The position numbers were made by a program, and so were the translations under genes. A stretch of DNA of 55,631 bases from Candidatus Cloacimonadota bacterium. GTDB taxonomy: Bacteria; Cloacimonadota; Cloacimonadia; Cloacimonadales; TCS61. Location of the stretch: the NCBI GenBank assembly GCA_030620155.1, contig JAUXFF010000001.1, positions 1 to 55,631 on the forward strand, read 5' to 3'. Below are positions 36,811 through 45,616 of this stretch, piece by piece. The notes below the pieces were generated by a model. The model searched no databases and was not told the origin of the DNA. It saw only the letters and a program-made list of their open reading frames with translations. The number at the start of each line of letters is the position of its first letter. Position 1 is the stretch's first letter.

Positions 36811-38214
36811 TCAATTTAACCTATCAGCAAATCCTTCAATAGCTTTTATAAATGGTTCCATCGGGGCACTTAAAACACCTGCACCAACTTGTCCGACACC
36901 AGGGTCCTTATGAGCTACGCCAGTATCAATAAAAGGTGTCACATTTTTTTCGATAACTTTAATAACATCGATTGCGGTCGGGGTTCCCCTGAAATTCAGG
37001 TATGGAATCTGATAAACATTATTTTCCCCAACTGTGATCTCGTACATTGCCAAAGTATAATTAACAGCATCATTAGCAGTTCCACCTACGAATTGAACAA
37101 TAGCAGGAGCAGAAGCTATAGCAAATCCCCCCAAGCCAGCGGTTTCAGTTATGGAACTATCTCCAATATCAGGATTAGCATCTTCTTTAATGAATCCAGG
37201 GAAGAAAAGAGCATCAGGGAGAGGAGCCGGTCCTGTAAACCATAAATCACCTGTTCCTGAAAGTTGGATACCGAAATCGGTCCCATTTCGAGACAAGACG
37301 ACACACACACTGCTGTTTTTTATATTCCTGGCTGCATCCAGAGTCACCTTAGCAGCAGGCATAGAAAGGTTCAAAAAGAAATGATCATTGCCATTAATAA
37401 AATTCAAAACATCAGATGCAGTATCAGGATCTTTGACTGTTTTAATGACTTCAGGTGCTATAATTCTATAAAAAAGTGATGTTGCAGCTCTATTTCTATT
37501 GTGTACTTCATCTCCCATATGAAGGGCTTGGGCAATAATATTTTTCAAGTCAATTCTTTCAATTTTCTCGATTGCTTTTTTAAGGGCAGGATACAGAACA
37601 GTGTCCATCCATTTGAGTTTTTTTATGACTTCTTCGCTGAAAGCACCATATCTCAGAACTTTTCCCAGACCCTCATTCATTGTACAATAGGCATAATTTC
37701 CATATTCTTCGTTCTTTAAAACAAAAACCGGCATTGAAGTAGAAACAATTCCAGCCATAGGTCCCACAGTTGAATGCTCATGACAGGGAGCATACTCAAT
37801 TTCGCCTGAGGATGCTATTTGTTCAGCTTCTCTCGTATTTTCTGCTAAACCCTCATAGATCAAAGCACCGATTATTGCTCCCCTGGTTGGACCGCACATT
37901 CTATCCCAGGTTACAGGCGGACCTGCATGTAATATCAGATTTTTTTTCATACCTGGAATGACATCAATCGCTTTTTCAAGACCTATTAAAACAGGTTTCC
38001 CATTTAAGATGATTTTAAGGGCTTTCTGATTCGCTTTTTCTATTTCAGATAAATTATTCTTAATCTTTTTTGTTATTTTTTCGTTTATACCAACTGGAGG
38101 TCTCCAATCAACCTGAATAACCTGTGTTCCGGTTTTTTCCAGATTTTCTTTAAATGATATTAATCCGGTGTTTATTACTTTCAGTTCTTTATTAAACAAA
38201 TCATTTAAACTCAT
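36811..38214 (-). CDS. DUF1116 protein (YlbE/AllG-like, FdrA partner)
   Basis: About 467 aa, immediately downstream of and abutting fdrA. The N-terminal LFNKELKVINTGL...VIQVDWRPP pattern is as I recall for YlbE-family proteins. Confidence 0.65.
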   Translation of the reverse strand: MSLNDLFNKELKVINTGLISFKENLEKTGTQVIQVDWRPPVGINEKITKKIKNNLSEIEKANQKALKIILNGKPVLIGLEKAIDVIPGMKKNLILHAGPPVTWDRMCGPTRGAIIGALIYEGLAENTREAEQIASSGEIEYAPCHEHSTVGPMAGIVSTSMPVFVLKNEEYGNYAYCTMNEGLGKVLRYGAFSEEVIKKLKWMDTVLYPALKKAIEKIERIDLKNIIAQALHMGDEVHNRNRAATSLFYRIIAPEVIKTVKDPDTASDVLNFINGNDHFFLNLSMPAAKVTLDAARNIKNSSVCVVLSRNGTDFGIQLSGTGDLWFTGPAPLPDALFFPGFIKEDANPDIGDSSITETAGLGGFAIASAPAIVQFVGGTANDAVNYTLAMYEITVGENNVYQIPYLNFRGTPTAIDVIKVIEKNVTPFIDTGVAHKDPGVGQVGAGVLSAPMEPFIKAIEGFADRLN

Positions 38215-39774
38215 TTAATTTCCTCCCAGATGTTTAATAATTTTTCCAGCTAATTCGCTGGCAGCCGCATTCGATGGCATCACGATCACACCAGTTTTTT
38301 CTAATCTGTGATGAACATTTTTCCTGTTCTGAGGATCTTTGTCAGTACCTGTAATGGAGCAAATAATGGACAGATTGGGAGACAATTCTTTTGCTTTCCT
38401 TATTATAGGAATGAGTTCCTCAGCAGGCTTCATATTTGCTCCGAAACCTAACACAATATCAAGGAGAATTACAGCTACCTCAGGATTTTTTGATTCTTCC
38501 AGTATCCTTTTATTTCTCAAAGAAAAATCGATCATTGGATGGGGTCTGCCAACAGTAAATTCATCTTCCCCTAAATCTATAACACTATTTTTAAAACTTT
38601 TCCAGGAATCTTTTAGTTTAAACTCCGGATTTAAAGGGGTGTTACTGTAAACATCGCCAATTAATCCTTTAAATATAAGTTGTGCTTCATCACAAAGTGT
38701 TCCACCGCTGAAAAGCCCACGAACATACTTCTGTTTATCTATTTTCCTTTTTGCTTCATATAAAGCTATTTTTTTTATGTGTTCCTTCCTTTTTTCAAGT
38801 GTTTTTAATTTTGTTTCATAATCCTCACCTTTTGAGAGAGAAACTGCTATAAGTGCTGCTTGTTCAAGAGTTCTGGTATTTATCGCTCCTGTATTTTTCA
38901 GGATTTCAGGTTCTATTCCAATAAATAGAGCTACAACCCGCTTAGTTATTTTTTGAATTTCATCTGCAATATTCCTTAAAACTTCTTCATGAGGAGGTTT
39001 GGAAACCAGGATAATTATTTTTGTATTCTTATCCTCAGCTAATGCCCTTAACGCGGAAACAAACATTATTCCACCTACTTCTTTTGTAACATCTCTTCCA
39101 CCTGTGCCTATCGCCTGAGATATCCCTTTCCCTTCATTTGAAATTATAGAACTTACTTCCTGTAACCCGGTACCGGAAGCTGCAACAATGCCAATGTCTC
39201 CCCTATTCACAACATTAGCAAAAGCAAGTGGAATTCCATTGATAATCGCTGTCCCACAATCAGGTCCCATTACAAGAAGGTTTTTTTTCTGAGCATACTT
39301 TTTTAATTTAATTTCGTCCTCGATAGAAACATTATCAGAGAAAATCATTACATGAAGTCCGTTTTCAAGAGCTTTTCTCGCTTCATGAGCAGCATATTTA
39401 CCTGCAACTGAAATAAGGGAAAGATTGGCTTCAGGAAGAAATTTCAAAGCTCCTTCAAAACTTTTGGGAAGAAAATCAGTTGTTTGATCAACGGGATTCC
39501 TCATCTCTTCCAGGAGGTCATCAACTTTTTTAAAGGTCTTATTTACTACATTTTCCGTTTCAGCTTTTATTACTATTAAAAGGTCAGTATCACCTGCTTC
39601 CTGAAATTTATTAATAAGAAGACCCGCAGTATTAAGAATTGATTTGTTCTCTTTGGTTCCCATAATAACAGCAGAATCAACTATTCCTTCAATTTTATTT
39701 ATTTCTTTTGAAACTATCATCAAACTAACAGAATCAAAATATTCTCCTGTTTTAATAAATCCTCTTAAAATCAT
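38215..39774 (-). CDS. fdrA: FdrA-family protein (succinyl-CoA synthetase alpha-like, acyl-CoA synthetase FdrA)
   Basis: GEYFDSVSLMIVS N-terminus, CoA-ligase-like GPDCGTAIINGIPLAFAN and IVAASGTGLQE motifs, 519 aa. Confidence 0.8.
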   Translation of the reverse strand: MILRGFIKTGEYFDSVSLMIVSKEINKIEGIVDSAVIMGTKENKSILNTAGLLINKFQEAGDTDLLIVIKAETENVVNKTFKKVDDLLEEMRNPVDQTTDFLPKSFEGALKFLPEANLSLISVAGKYAAHEARKALENGLHVMIFSDNVSIEDEIKLKKYAQKKNLLVMGPDCGTAIINGIPLAFANVVNRGDIGIVAASGTGLQEVSSIISNEGKGISQAIGTGGRDVTKEVGGIMFVSALRALAEDKNTKIIILVSKPPHEEVLRNIADEIQKITKRVVALFIGIEPEILKNTGAINTRTLEQAALIAVSLSKGEDYETKLKTLEKRKEHIKKIALYEAKRKIDKQKYVRGLFSGGTLCDEAQLIFKGLIGDVYSNTPLNPEFKLKDSWKSFKNSVIDLGEDEFTVGRPHPMIDFSLRNKRILEESKNPEVAVILLDIVLGFGANMKPAEELIPIIRKAKELSPNLSIICSITGTDKDPQNRKNVHHRLEKTGVIVMPSNAAASELAGKIIKHLGGN

Positions 39775-39799
39775 TATTTTCCCCTCTCAATTATTTTGA

Positions 39800-40040
39800 T
39801 AATGAATTCTGCAAAATAGAAGTGGAAACCGCTGAAGCGGTTATTGTATGGTTTGTATGATTTTTCAACCCACAGTTAAAACTGTGGGCTAATGCTATAA
39901 TATGTATTGAATTAACCCACAACTGTTTACTCCGGCTCAGACGGATCAGTTGTGGGGATCCAACAAACTTCGGCATGAAAATTTCAACCATTTCAATGGT
40001 TTCTGAAATTTTCCTTAATTTTGCAGAACTCATTTATTTT
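39800..40040 (-). mobile_element. MITE-like hairpin-rich element, copy 2 (inverted relative to copy 1)
   Basis: CTGCAAAAT (39809-39817) / ATTTTGCAG (40018-40026). Its reverse complement aligns block by block with 24252-24530. It fills the whole DUF2877-fdrA intergenic gap. The 80-aa ORF in the track here is considered spurious. Confidence 0.75.
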
Positions 40041-40930
40041 GATATGACCTTTAGATTTATTTCAACTTCTCTCTGAAATTCATAACTTATTTTTTTTAAT
40101 TCTCTTAATGTTATTAAAAGACCGGTTGCCAGATCACTGCCGGAAGTGGCACCCATATTCATTATTTTTTTTGTATTCATAAAAACTTCTTTTTCTCCGG
40201 AATAAAATAATGAAAGCACAAGCTCTTTTAATTTTTTAAAAAATGAACCCTCTTTAGCAAGATATAAAAAAGTGTTTGAAATGATATTATTACTTTTTGA
40301 AATATTATAAATTTCCTCTCGTATCTCTTTAAGATTGAGGGAATAAATCTTTTCTAAAATGTAAAGTCCGAAAAGCAATCCGGCAATGAAATCATCTCCA
40401 CTGGGAGTTAATCCGGATCCTGCTCCTTTTATCTTTTTCACACCCTCGAGTAAATTATTTTCTAAAATATATCTTACTCCCAATTTCATTTTCTTTAATA
40501 ATTCCTTTTCGAAACCCTGGTGAAAATTATTCTCCCGCTCCTTATCGAGAAGGAAAGTAAGGCTTTTGCAAGGAGAATATCTAAGTAGACATTTTTGAAA
40601 GATCTTGAGATTGGTCTCAAATACATCTTCATTAAGAGAATTTAACTCAATCAAGGAATTATAAATTTTGTTTTTATTAAGTTTAATACAACTATTACGA
40701 ATTGTGATGGAATTATTATCTATTTTTATTGAGTTTATATCTCGATAATTTAAGGCTTTTATAACTATATTTATAGGGCTTACATTATCTTCTTTATTTG
40801 TGAGACAGATTAATTTCTCTTCATTAACGAAATTTATATTCCTCGTAAATCTTGAGTGAAGCTTGAATGTCCCGGTCGAAATTCTATCTCCAAAACTTAT
40901 CAATTCGTACAACAGCTCTTCCTTTATCAT
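40034..40930 (-). CDS. DUF2877-like protein (YlbF/AllH-like, third member of the FdrA/DUF1116 triad)
   Basis: The GAGSGLTPSGDDFIAGLL motif and its position upstream of fdrA match my recollection of DUF2877, which I could not verify by search. Start set at ATG 40930. Confidence 0.5.
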   Translation of the reverse strand: MIKEELLYELISFGDRISTGTFKLHSRFTRNINFVNEEKLICLTNKEDNVSPINIVIKALNYRDINSIKIDNNSITIRNSCIKLNKNKIYNSLIELNSLNEDVFETNLKIFQKCLLRYSPCKSLTFLLDKERENNFHQGFEKELLKKMKLGVRYILENNLLEGVKKIKGAGSGLTPSGDDFIAGLLFGLYILEKIYSLNLKEIREEIYNISKSNNIISNTFLYLAKEGSFFKKLKELVLSLFYSGEKEVFMNTKKIMNMGATSGSDLATGLLITLRELKKISYEFQREVEINLKVISK

Positions 40931-41047
40931 AAAAAAAAGAAACAAAAATCATGTAAGAAATTAAATTAATATATTTTTTAATATTATCTAACTATTTTTT
41001 AGTCAAGAAAAAACCCATAATACCTACAAATGAAAATTGACAATTGG

Positions 41048-41285
41048 CAATTGAAAATTGAAAATTGTAACGGTCAAAAAGTTGGAACTCTTTCTCCGAG
41101 TTCGTGTTAAGGTGAACTTATCGAACCACAAGGAGGAACTGTTCGCTCGTGTCATCCTGAGCGTAGTCGAAGGGCGAACAGTTCCATAACCTGGAACGCA
41201 GAAGATCTATCATCAGGAATTTATTTCTATAAACTGAAGATAAATAATACAACTTAGAAAGTTAGGGAAATGTTGTCTATTAAGT
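41048..41285 (+). pseudogene. remnant of a T9SS C-terminal sorting domain
   Basis: It reads QLKIENCNGQKVGTLSPSSC*GE...CHPERSRRANSSITWNAEDLSSGIYFYKLKINNTT*, with in-frame stops. It is collinear with the last ~70 codons and 3' flank of the gene ending at 43505, and no N-terminal part is present. Confidence 0.7.
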
Positions 41286-41312
41286 TATCTATCTAAAAGA
41301 TTAAAAAAATAA

Positions 41313-41342
41313 TTGACATTAATTTCATTTATATCCTAAATA
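41313..41342 (+). promoter_or_regulatory. candidate promoter of T9SS cargo gene 1
   Basis: TTGACA, an 18-nt spacer, then TAAATA. The whole ~60-bp block ATCTATCTAAAAGAT.AAAAAAATAATTGACATTAATTTCA.TTATATC.TAAATAT is duplicated at 43507-43565 ahead of the next gene. Confidence 0.4.
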
Positions 41343-41375
41343 TCTTTGTACTCAACCCAAAAAGGAAGAACAAAA

Positions 41376-43505
41376 ATGAAAAAAATATTAATTATTTTAT
41401 TTATACTTATCATAAAAAATATAGCTTTTACTCAATCAATTAACTGGACTCATATATATCATGATGGGGCAGGAAAACCTCTATATACAGGAGGTTTTAC
41501 AATCTCAAGTCCAACCTTTGCTGATATTGATGACGATGGGGATTACGACTGTTTTATAGGTTCTTCTAGAGATAATAATGATAATGGAGGAAAAATTCAT
41601 TATTTTGAGAATATTGGAACACAGGAAAATTGTATCTGGCATTTTGTAACAGATACATATAATGACATTAATTTTTATTACTTTGATTTAATTAATGTGA
41701 CATTTGCTGACATTGATAATGATGACGATCTTGATATGTTTGTTGGTGGATATTCGTTTGACCCTACTGTTGGTATTCATTTTTATAGAAATATCGGAAA
41801 TGCCCAGAATCCTATTTGGGAATTTGTCTCAGATAAATTTCAGGATATAGAAACCTTATCTGGTCTAATTAGGAATTTCTGTAAAACTACTTTTGCTGAT
41901 ATTGATAATGATGATGATTTAGATTTATTATTTGGAAATTACTTTAGAGAGGTCTATTATGAAAATATAGGTGATGCTGCAAATCCCATTTTTGTATTAG
42001 TAAGTTCAAACTATTTCGATGATGGAGGGGGATGGAATAATCATCGACCTATATTTGTTGATATTAATGATGATGGAGATTATGATTGTTTTATTGGTAT
42101 ACCATATCATTTACTATATTATGAGAATATTGGAATCCCAGAATCACCAGAATGGAATCTAGTAACAGATGACTATAATGAAACTAGTGGTATGGTTAAG
42201 TCACCAGAATTTTGTGATATTGATAATGATGGAGATTATGATATGTTTGTTGGTGTATTGAAAGGTAAGATATTATTTTATGAAAATATAGGTTCATCTA
42301 ATGAGCCTATTTGGGATTTTATAGGAGATAATCCGATAACACTTGATGCTGGATTTTATAGTTCACCCGCTTTTTGTGATATTGATGGAGATAATAAAGC
42401 TGAAATGTTTGTTATTGGTAGTAGTGAAGTATATGAATATTATTCTTGTCCGATTAATATATATTATTATAATAATATTAATACACCAGAACAACCTGCA
42501 TGGGAACTCCAGTCATCCTCTTTTCCTTATATTAATTATAATAATGATGGAGTCAATTCAATTGATTTTGCTGATATTGATTCAGATGGAGACTATGATC
42601 TATTTGTTGGCTTAATTAATAATTCTTTAATTATGTTCCATGAAAATACTGGAGATATTTACATTCCTCAATTTGATTCAATTGGAACAATGGTTATAAA
42701 TTTCAGTGATGATGGTGATATTAAGTTTACACCTTCTTTGGTAGATATAGATGCAGATGGTGATCTGGATATGTTTATAAGTTCTCAAAATGGTATTGTA
42801 GGTTCTACACCCGGTATTCATTTCTATCGTAATGAAGGAGATCAATTCTCCCCTGACTGGCAATTTGATAGTATAATAAACTCCTTATTTGGTAAGGTAG
42901 ATTTTATGGATGAAGACAATGATGGTGATTATGATTTGTTTCTAAGTGAAAGTTTTTTTAATAATAACATCATTTTCTACAGAAATACAGGTGATATATA
43001 TAACTTCTGTTTTGAGTTTGATTGCATTAACTATGGAGATATCTATGTTGGTCGTTTTCCAACAATTTGTTTTTTCGATATTGATAATGATAATGATAAA
43101 GATATGATTCTCGGTGAGTACGATGGTGGTATAAATTTATTCAGGAATGATGGTTTTGTATCTATAGATAATAATCATTTAGATTTTGGAAAAACATTGT
43201 TGCTAAACAATTACCCTAATCCGTTCAATCCCTCAACTACGATTCAATTTAGCAACGAACAAAACCAACCCCAGTTATACAACGGGGCAGGCAAATACGA
43301 ACAAATAAAAATTGAAATTTATAACATCAAAGGTCAAAAAGTGAAAGAATTTCTCATTGTCTCACCCTCTCCCGGTCACACCCTCTCTGTTACCTGGGAT
43401 GGAACAGATGAAAATAATCAACCTGTTAGTTCAGGAATTTATTTCTATAAACTTAAAATAAATAATACAACTAAGGCAGTTAGGAAAATGTTGTTAATTA
43501 AGTGA
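41376..43505 (+). CDS. FG-GAP/VCBS-repeat protein with T9SS C-terminal sorting domain
   Basis: Signal peptide MKKILIILFILIIKNIAFTQ. About ten FADIDNDDDLDMFVG-type FG-GAP repeats. The C-terminal NNYPNPFNPSTTIQFS...IEIYNIKGQKV...SGIYFYKL domain. Start at ATG 41376 with an AAGGAAG RBS. Confidence 0.85.
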   Translation: MKKILIILFILIIKNIAFTQSINWTHIYHDGAGKPLYTGGFTISSPTFADIDDDGDYDCFIGSSRDNNDNGGKIHYFENIGTQENCIWHFVTDTYNDINFYYFDLINVTFADIDNDDDLDMFVGGYSFDPTVGIHFYRNIGNAQNPIWEFVSDKFQDIETLSGLIRNFCKTTFADIDNDDDLDLLFGNYFREVYYENIGDAANPIFVLVSSNYFDDGGGWNNHRPIFVDINDDGDYDCFIGIPYHLLYYENIGIPESPEWNLVTDDYNETSGMVKSPEFCDIDNDGDYDMFVGVLKGKILFYENIGSSNEPIWDFIGDNPITLDAGFYSSPAFCDIDGDNKAEMFVIGSSEVYEYYSCPINIYYYNNINTPEQPAWELQSSSFPYINYNNDGVNSIDFADIDSDGDYDLFVGLINNSLIMFHENTGDIYIPQFDSIGTMVINFSDDGDIKFTPSLVDIDADGDLDMFISSQNGIVGSTPGIHFYRNEGDQFSPDWQFDSIINSLFGKVDFMDEDNDGDYDLFLSESFFNNNIIFYRNTGDIYNFCFEFDCINYGDIYVGRFPTICFFDIDNDNDKDMILGEYDGGINLFRNDGFVSIDNNHLDFGKTLLLNNYPNPFNPSTTIQFSNEQNQPQLYNGAGKYEQIKIEIYNIKGQKVKEFLIVSPSPGHTLSVTWDGTDENNQPVSSGIYFYKLKINNTTKAVRKMLLIK

Positions 43506-43530
43506 TCTATCTAAAAGATGAAAAAAATAA

Positions 43531-43560
43531 TTGACATTAATTTCAATTATATCTTAAATA
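43531..43560 (+). promoter_or_regulatory. candidate promoter of T9SS cargo gene 2 (duplicate of 41313-41342)
   Basis: TTGACA, an 18-nt spacer, then TAAATA, within the duplicated block. Confidence 0.4.
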
Positions 43561-43594
43561 TTTTTGTGCTTAGAAGAAATAGGAAGAACCAAAA

Positions 43595-45439
43595 ATGAAG
43601 AAATTTATAATTATTTCAGTTTTATTGATTATAAACAACATATCTTTTACCCAAACCCATATACCGGGAGGAGATGTAAGCGGTTCCTGGACAATAGAGG
43701 GCAGCCCATACATAATTGATGGGCACATAAATGTTCCCGTAGACAGTACATTAATTATTGAACCGGGAGTAAATATTTTTTTCCCAGAACAAAATCATTT
43801 TAGAGTATATGGAAGATTGATAGCAGAAGGAACTGAAAGTGACACAATAAGTTTTACAGCAAGTGATACAACAGATACTTTTGCGGGATTATATTTTTGT
43901 GAAACAGATACTTCATTTCAGGATAGCTCAAAAATGAGTTTTTGCAAATTTGACCCTGGTTGTGTGAGTTTCAACAATTCATCATGCGCAGTTGTAAAAA
44001 ATAGTATTGTTACTAATGGTTATGGAATTGGTTTTAATAATTCCAGCCCGATCCTGATAGATGTAACCATTAGCAACAATACCTCACAAAATTACGGTGG
44101 AGGTATATCTTGCACTGACAGCTCTTGTCCGAGTTTGGTTAATGTCACTATTATTGGAAATAGTGCTACCTGGGGAGGTGGGATTAGTTGTAGATTTAAT
44201 TCTAATCCGACTCTGGAAAATGTGAATATCATAAATAACAGTGCCATAGGTGCTGGAGGGGGAATTTTCTGCGAAGAATCCAGTCCAATTTTAGATTATT
44301 TGGATGTAATAGAAAACCATGTATCTAATGGTATTGGTGGAGGTATTCATTTCTATGACAATTCTAATCCAGATATTAGTAATGTTAATATAGAAAATAA
44401 TTCTGCTTATTGGGGTGGCGGTATTGGATGTACTAATTCCAGTCCAATACTTACAAATGTCATTATTAGTGGAAATAGTGGTGTTGAATTCGGTGGAGGG
44501 ATTTATTCTGATGGAACAGGACCCCTTCTATTACAAGATGTTATTATAAAAGGAAACAGTGTACAAGGTTTGGGAGGAGGACTGTCAATATTAGGAGCAG
44601 AGATGATTATGGTCAATAGTATAGTTGCTGATAATTATGCTGATGAAGACGCCGGAGGTATTTTTTGTGAGGGAGATTACTGTGATGAAGCGTATTTAAA
44701 CTTAACAAATGTAACTATCAGTGAGAATAATATAGGCGATGAAGGAATTGTAGGCGGAATAGGGTGTGCGTGTGAATGTGATGTAGTTATTGTAAATAGT
44801 ATATTATGGAATAATGAGGACATAGAATTATTTTTATACGGTGGATGTACATCTGCGGTTACATATTCAGATATTCAGGAAGGCTGGCAGGGAACAGGAA
44901 ATATTGATATGGATCCAATGTTTTCAGATGGTGAATTTCATCTTAGTGAAGACTCACCCTGTATAGATACTGGTAATCCGGACAGCTTGTATTACGACAT
45001 TGAAGACCCATATAGCCCTGGTTATGCTTTATATCCTGCCATGGGTACTATTTTAAACGATATGGGCGCTTACGGTGGACATGGCTATTATGGACCACCT
45101 GTTGCTGTAGATGACGAGCTAATACTTAATCAAAATTTGATTCAATTAAACAATTATCCTAATCCGTTCAATCCCTCAACTACGATTCAATTTAGCAACG
45201 AACCAGTCTCCGCAGAGCTTCGCCACGGCAGGCAAAACCAACAAAACGAACAAATGCGAATTGAAATCTTTAATATCAAAGGACAAAAAGTGAAAGAATT
45301 TCTCATTGTCTCACCCTCACCCGGTCACACTCTCTCTGTTACCTGGGATGCGGAAAATCATGCATCAGGAATTTATCTATATAGAATAAGAACTGATGAC
45401 TTTATAAGTGAAGCCAAGAAAATGATTTTAATAAGATAA
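43595..45439 (+). CDS. right-handed parallel beta-helix repeat protein with T9SS C-terminal sorting domain
   Basis: Signal peptide MKKFIIISVLLIINNISFTQ. Repeats of N.S....GGGI every ~22-24 aa. The C-terminal NNYPNPFNPSTTIQFS...IEIFNIKGQKV...SGIYLYRI domain. Confidence 0.85.
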   Translation: MKKFIIISVLLIINNISFTQTHIPGGDVSGSWTIEGSPYIIDGHINVPVDSTLIIEPGVNIFFPEQNHFRVYGRLIAEGTESDTISFTASDTTDTFAGLYFCETDTSFQDSSKMSFCKFDPGCVSFNNSSCAVVKNSIVTNGYGIGFNNSSPILIDVTISNNTSQNYGGGISCTDSSCPSLVNVTIIGNSATWGGGISCRFNSNPTLENVNIINNSAIGAGGGIFCEESSPILDYLDVIENHVSNGIGGGIHFYDNSNPDISNVNIENNSAYWGGGIGCTNSSPILTNVIISGNSGVEFGGGIYSDGTGPLLLQDVIIKGNSVQGLGGGLSILGAEMIMVNSIVADNYADEDAGGIFCEGDYCDEAYLNLTNVTISENNIGDEGIVGGIGCACECDVVIVNSILWNNEDIELFLYGGCTSAVTYSDIQEGWQGTGNIDMDPMFSDGEFHLSEDSPCIDTGNPDSLYYDIEDPYSPGYALYPAMGTILNDMGAYGGHGYYGPPVAVDDELILNQNLIQLNNYPNPFNPSTTIQFSNEPVSAELRHGRQNQQNEQMRIEIFNIKGQKVKEFLIVSPSPGHTLSVTWDAENHASGIYLYRIRTDDFISEAKKMILIR

Positions 45440-45616
45440 AAAATTAACTTTGTTGAAATAAAAGACTCCACTTTTTAATAGGGAAAGTCAATGATATATT
45501 TGTGGCAGAGGGATTAAAATTATAACATATAATAACAAAGAAAAAACTATTTGACTTTTATTTCATAAACTTTTATTTAGCTGTACTAATACAATTAGAC
45601 ATTATGGGAGCATAAA

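Noticed and set aside
39791-40033. 80-aa ORF on the minus strand between DUF2877 and fdrA
   Set aside because: It coincides exactly with MITE-like element copy 2. Copy 1 (24252-24530) has no intact equivalent ORF, so the element is noncoding.
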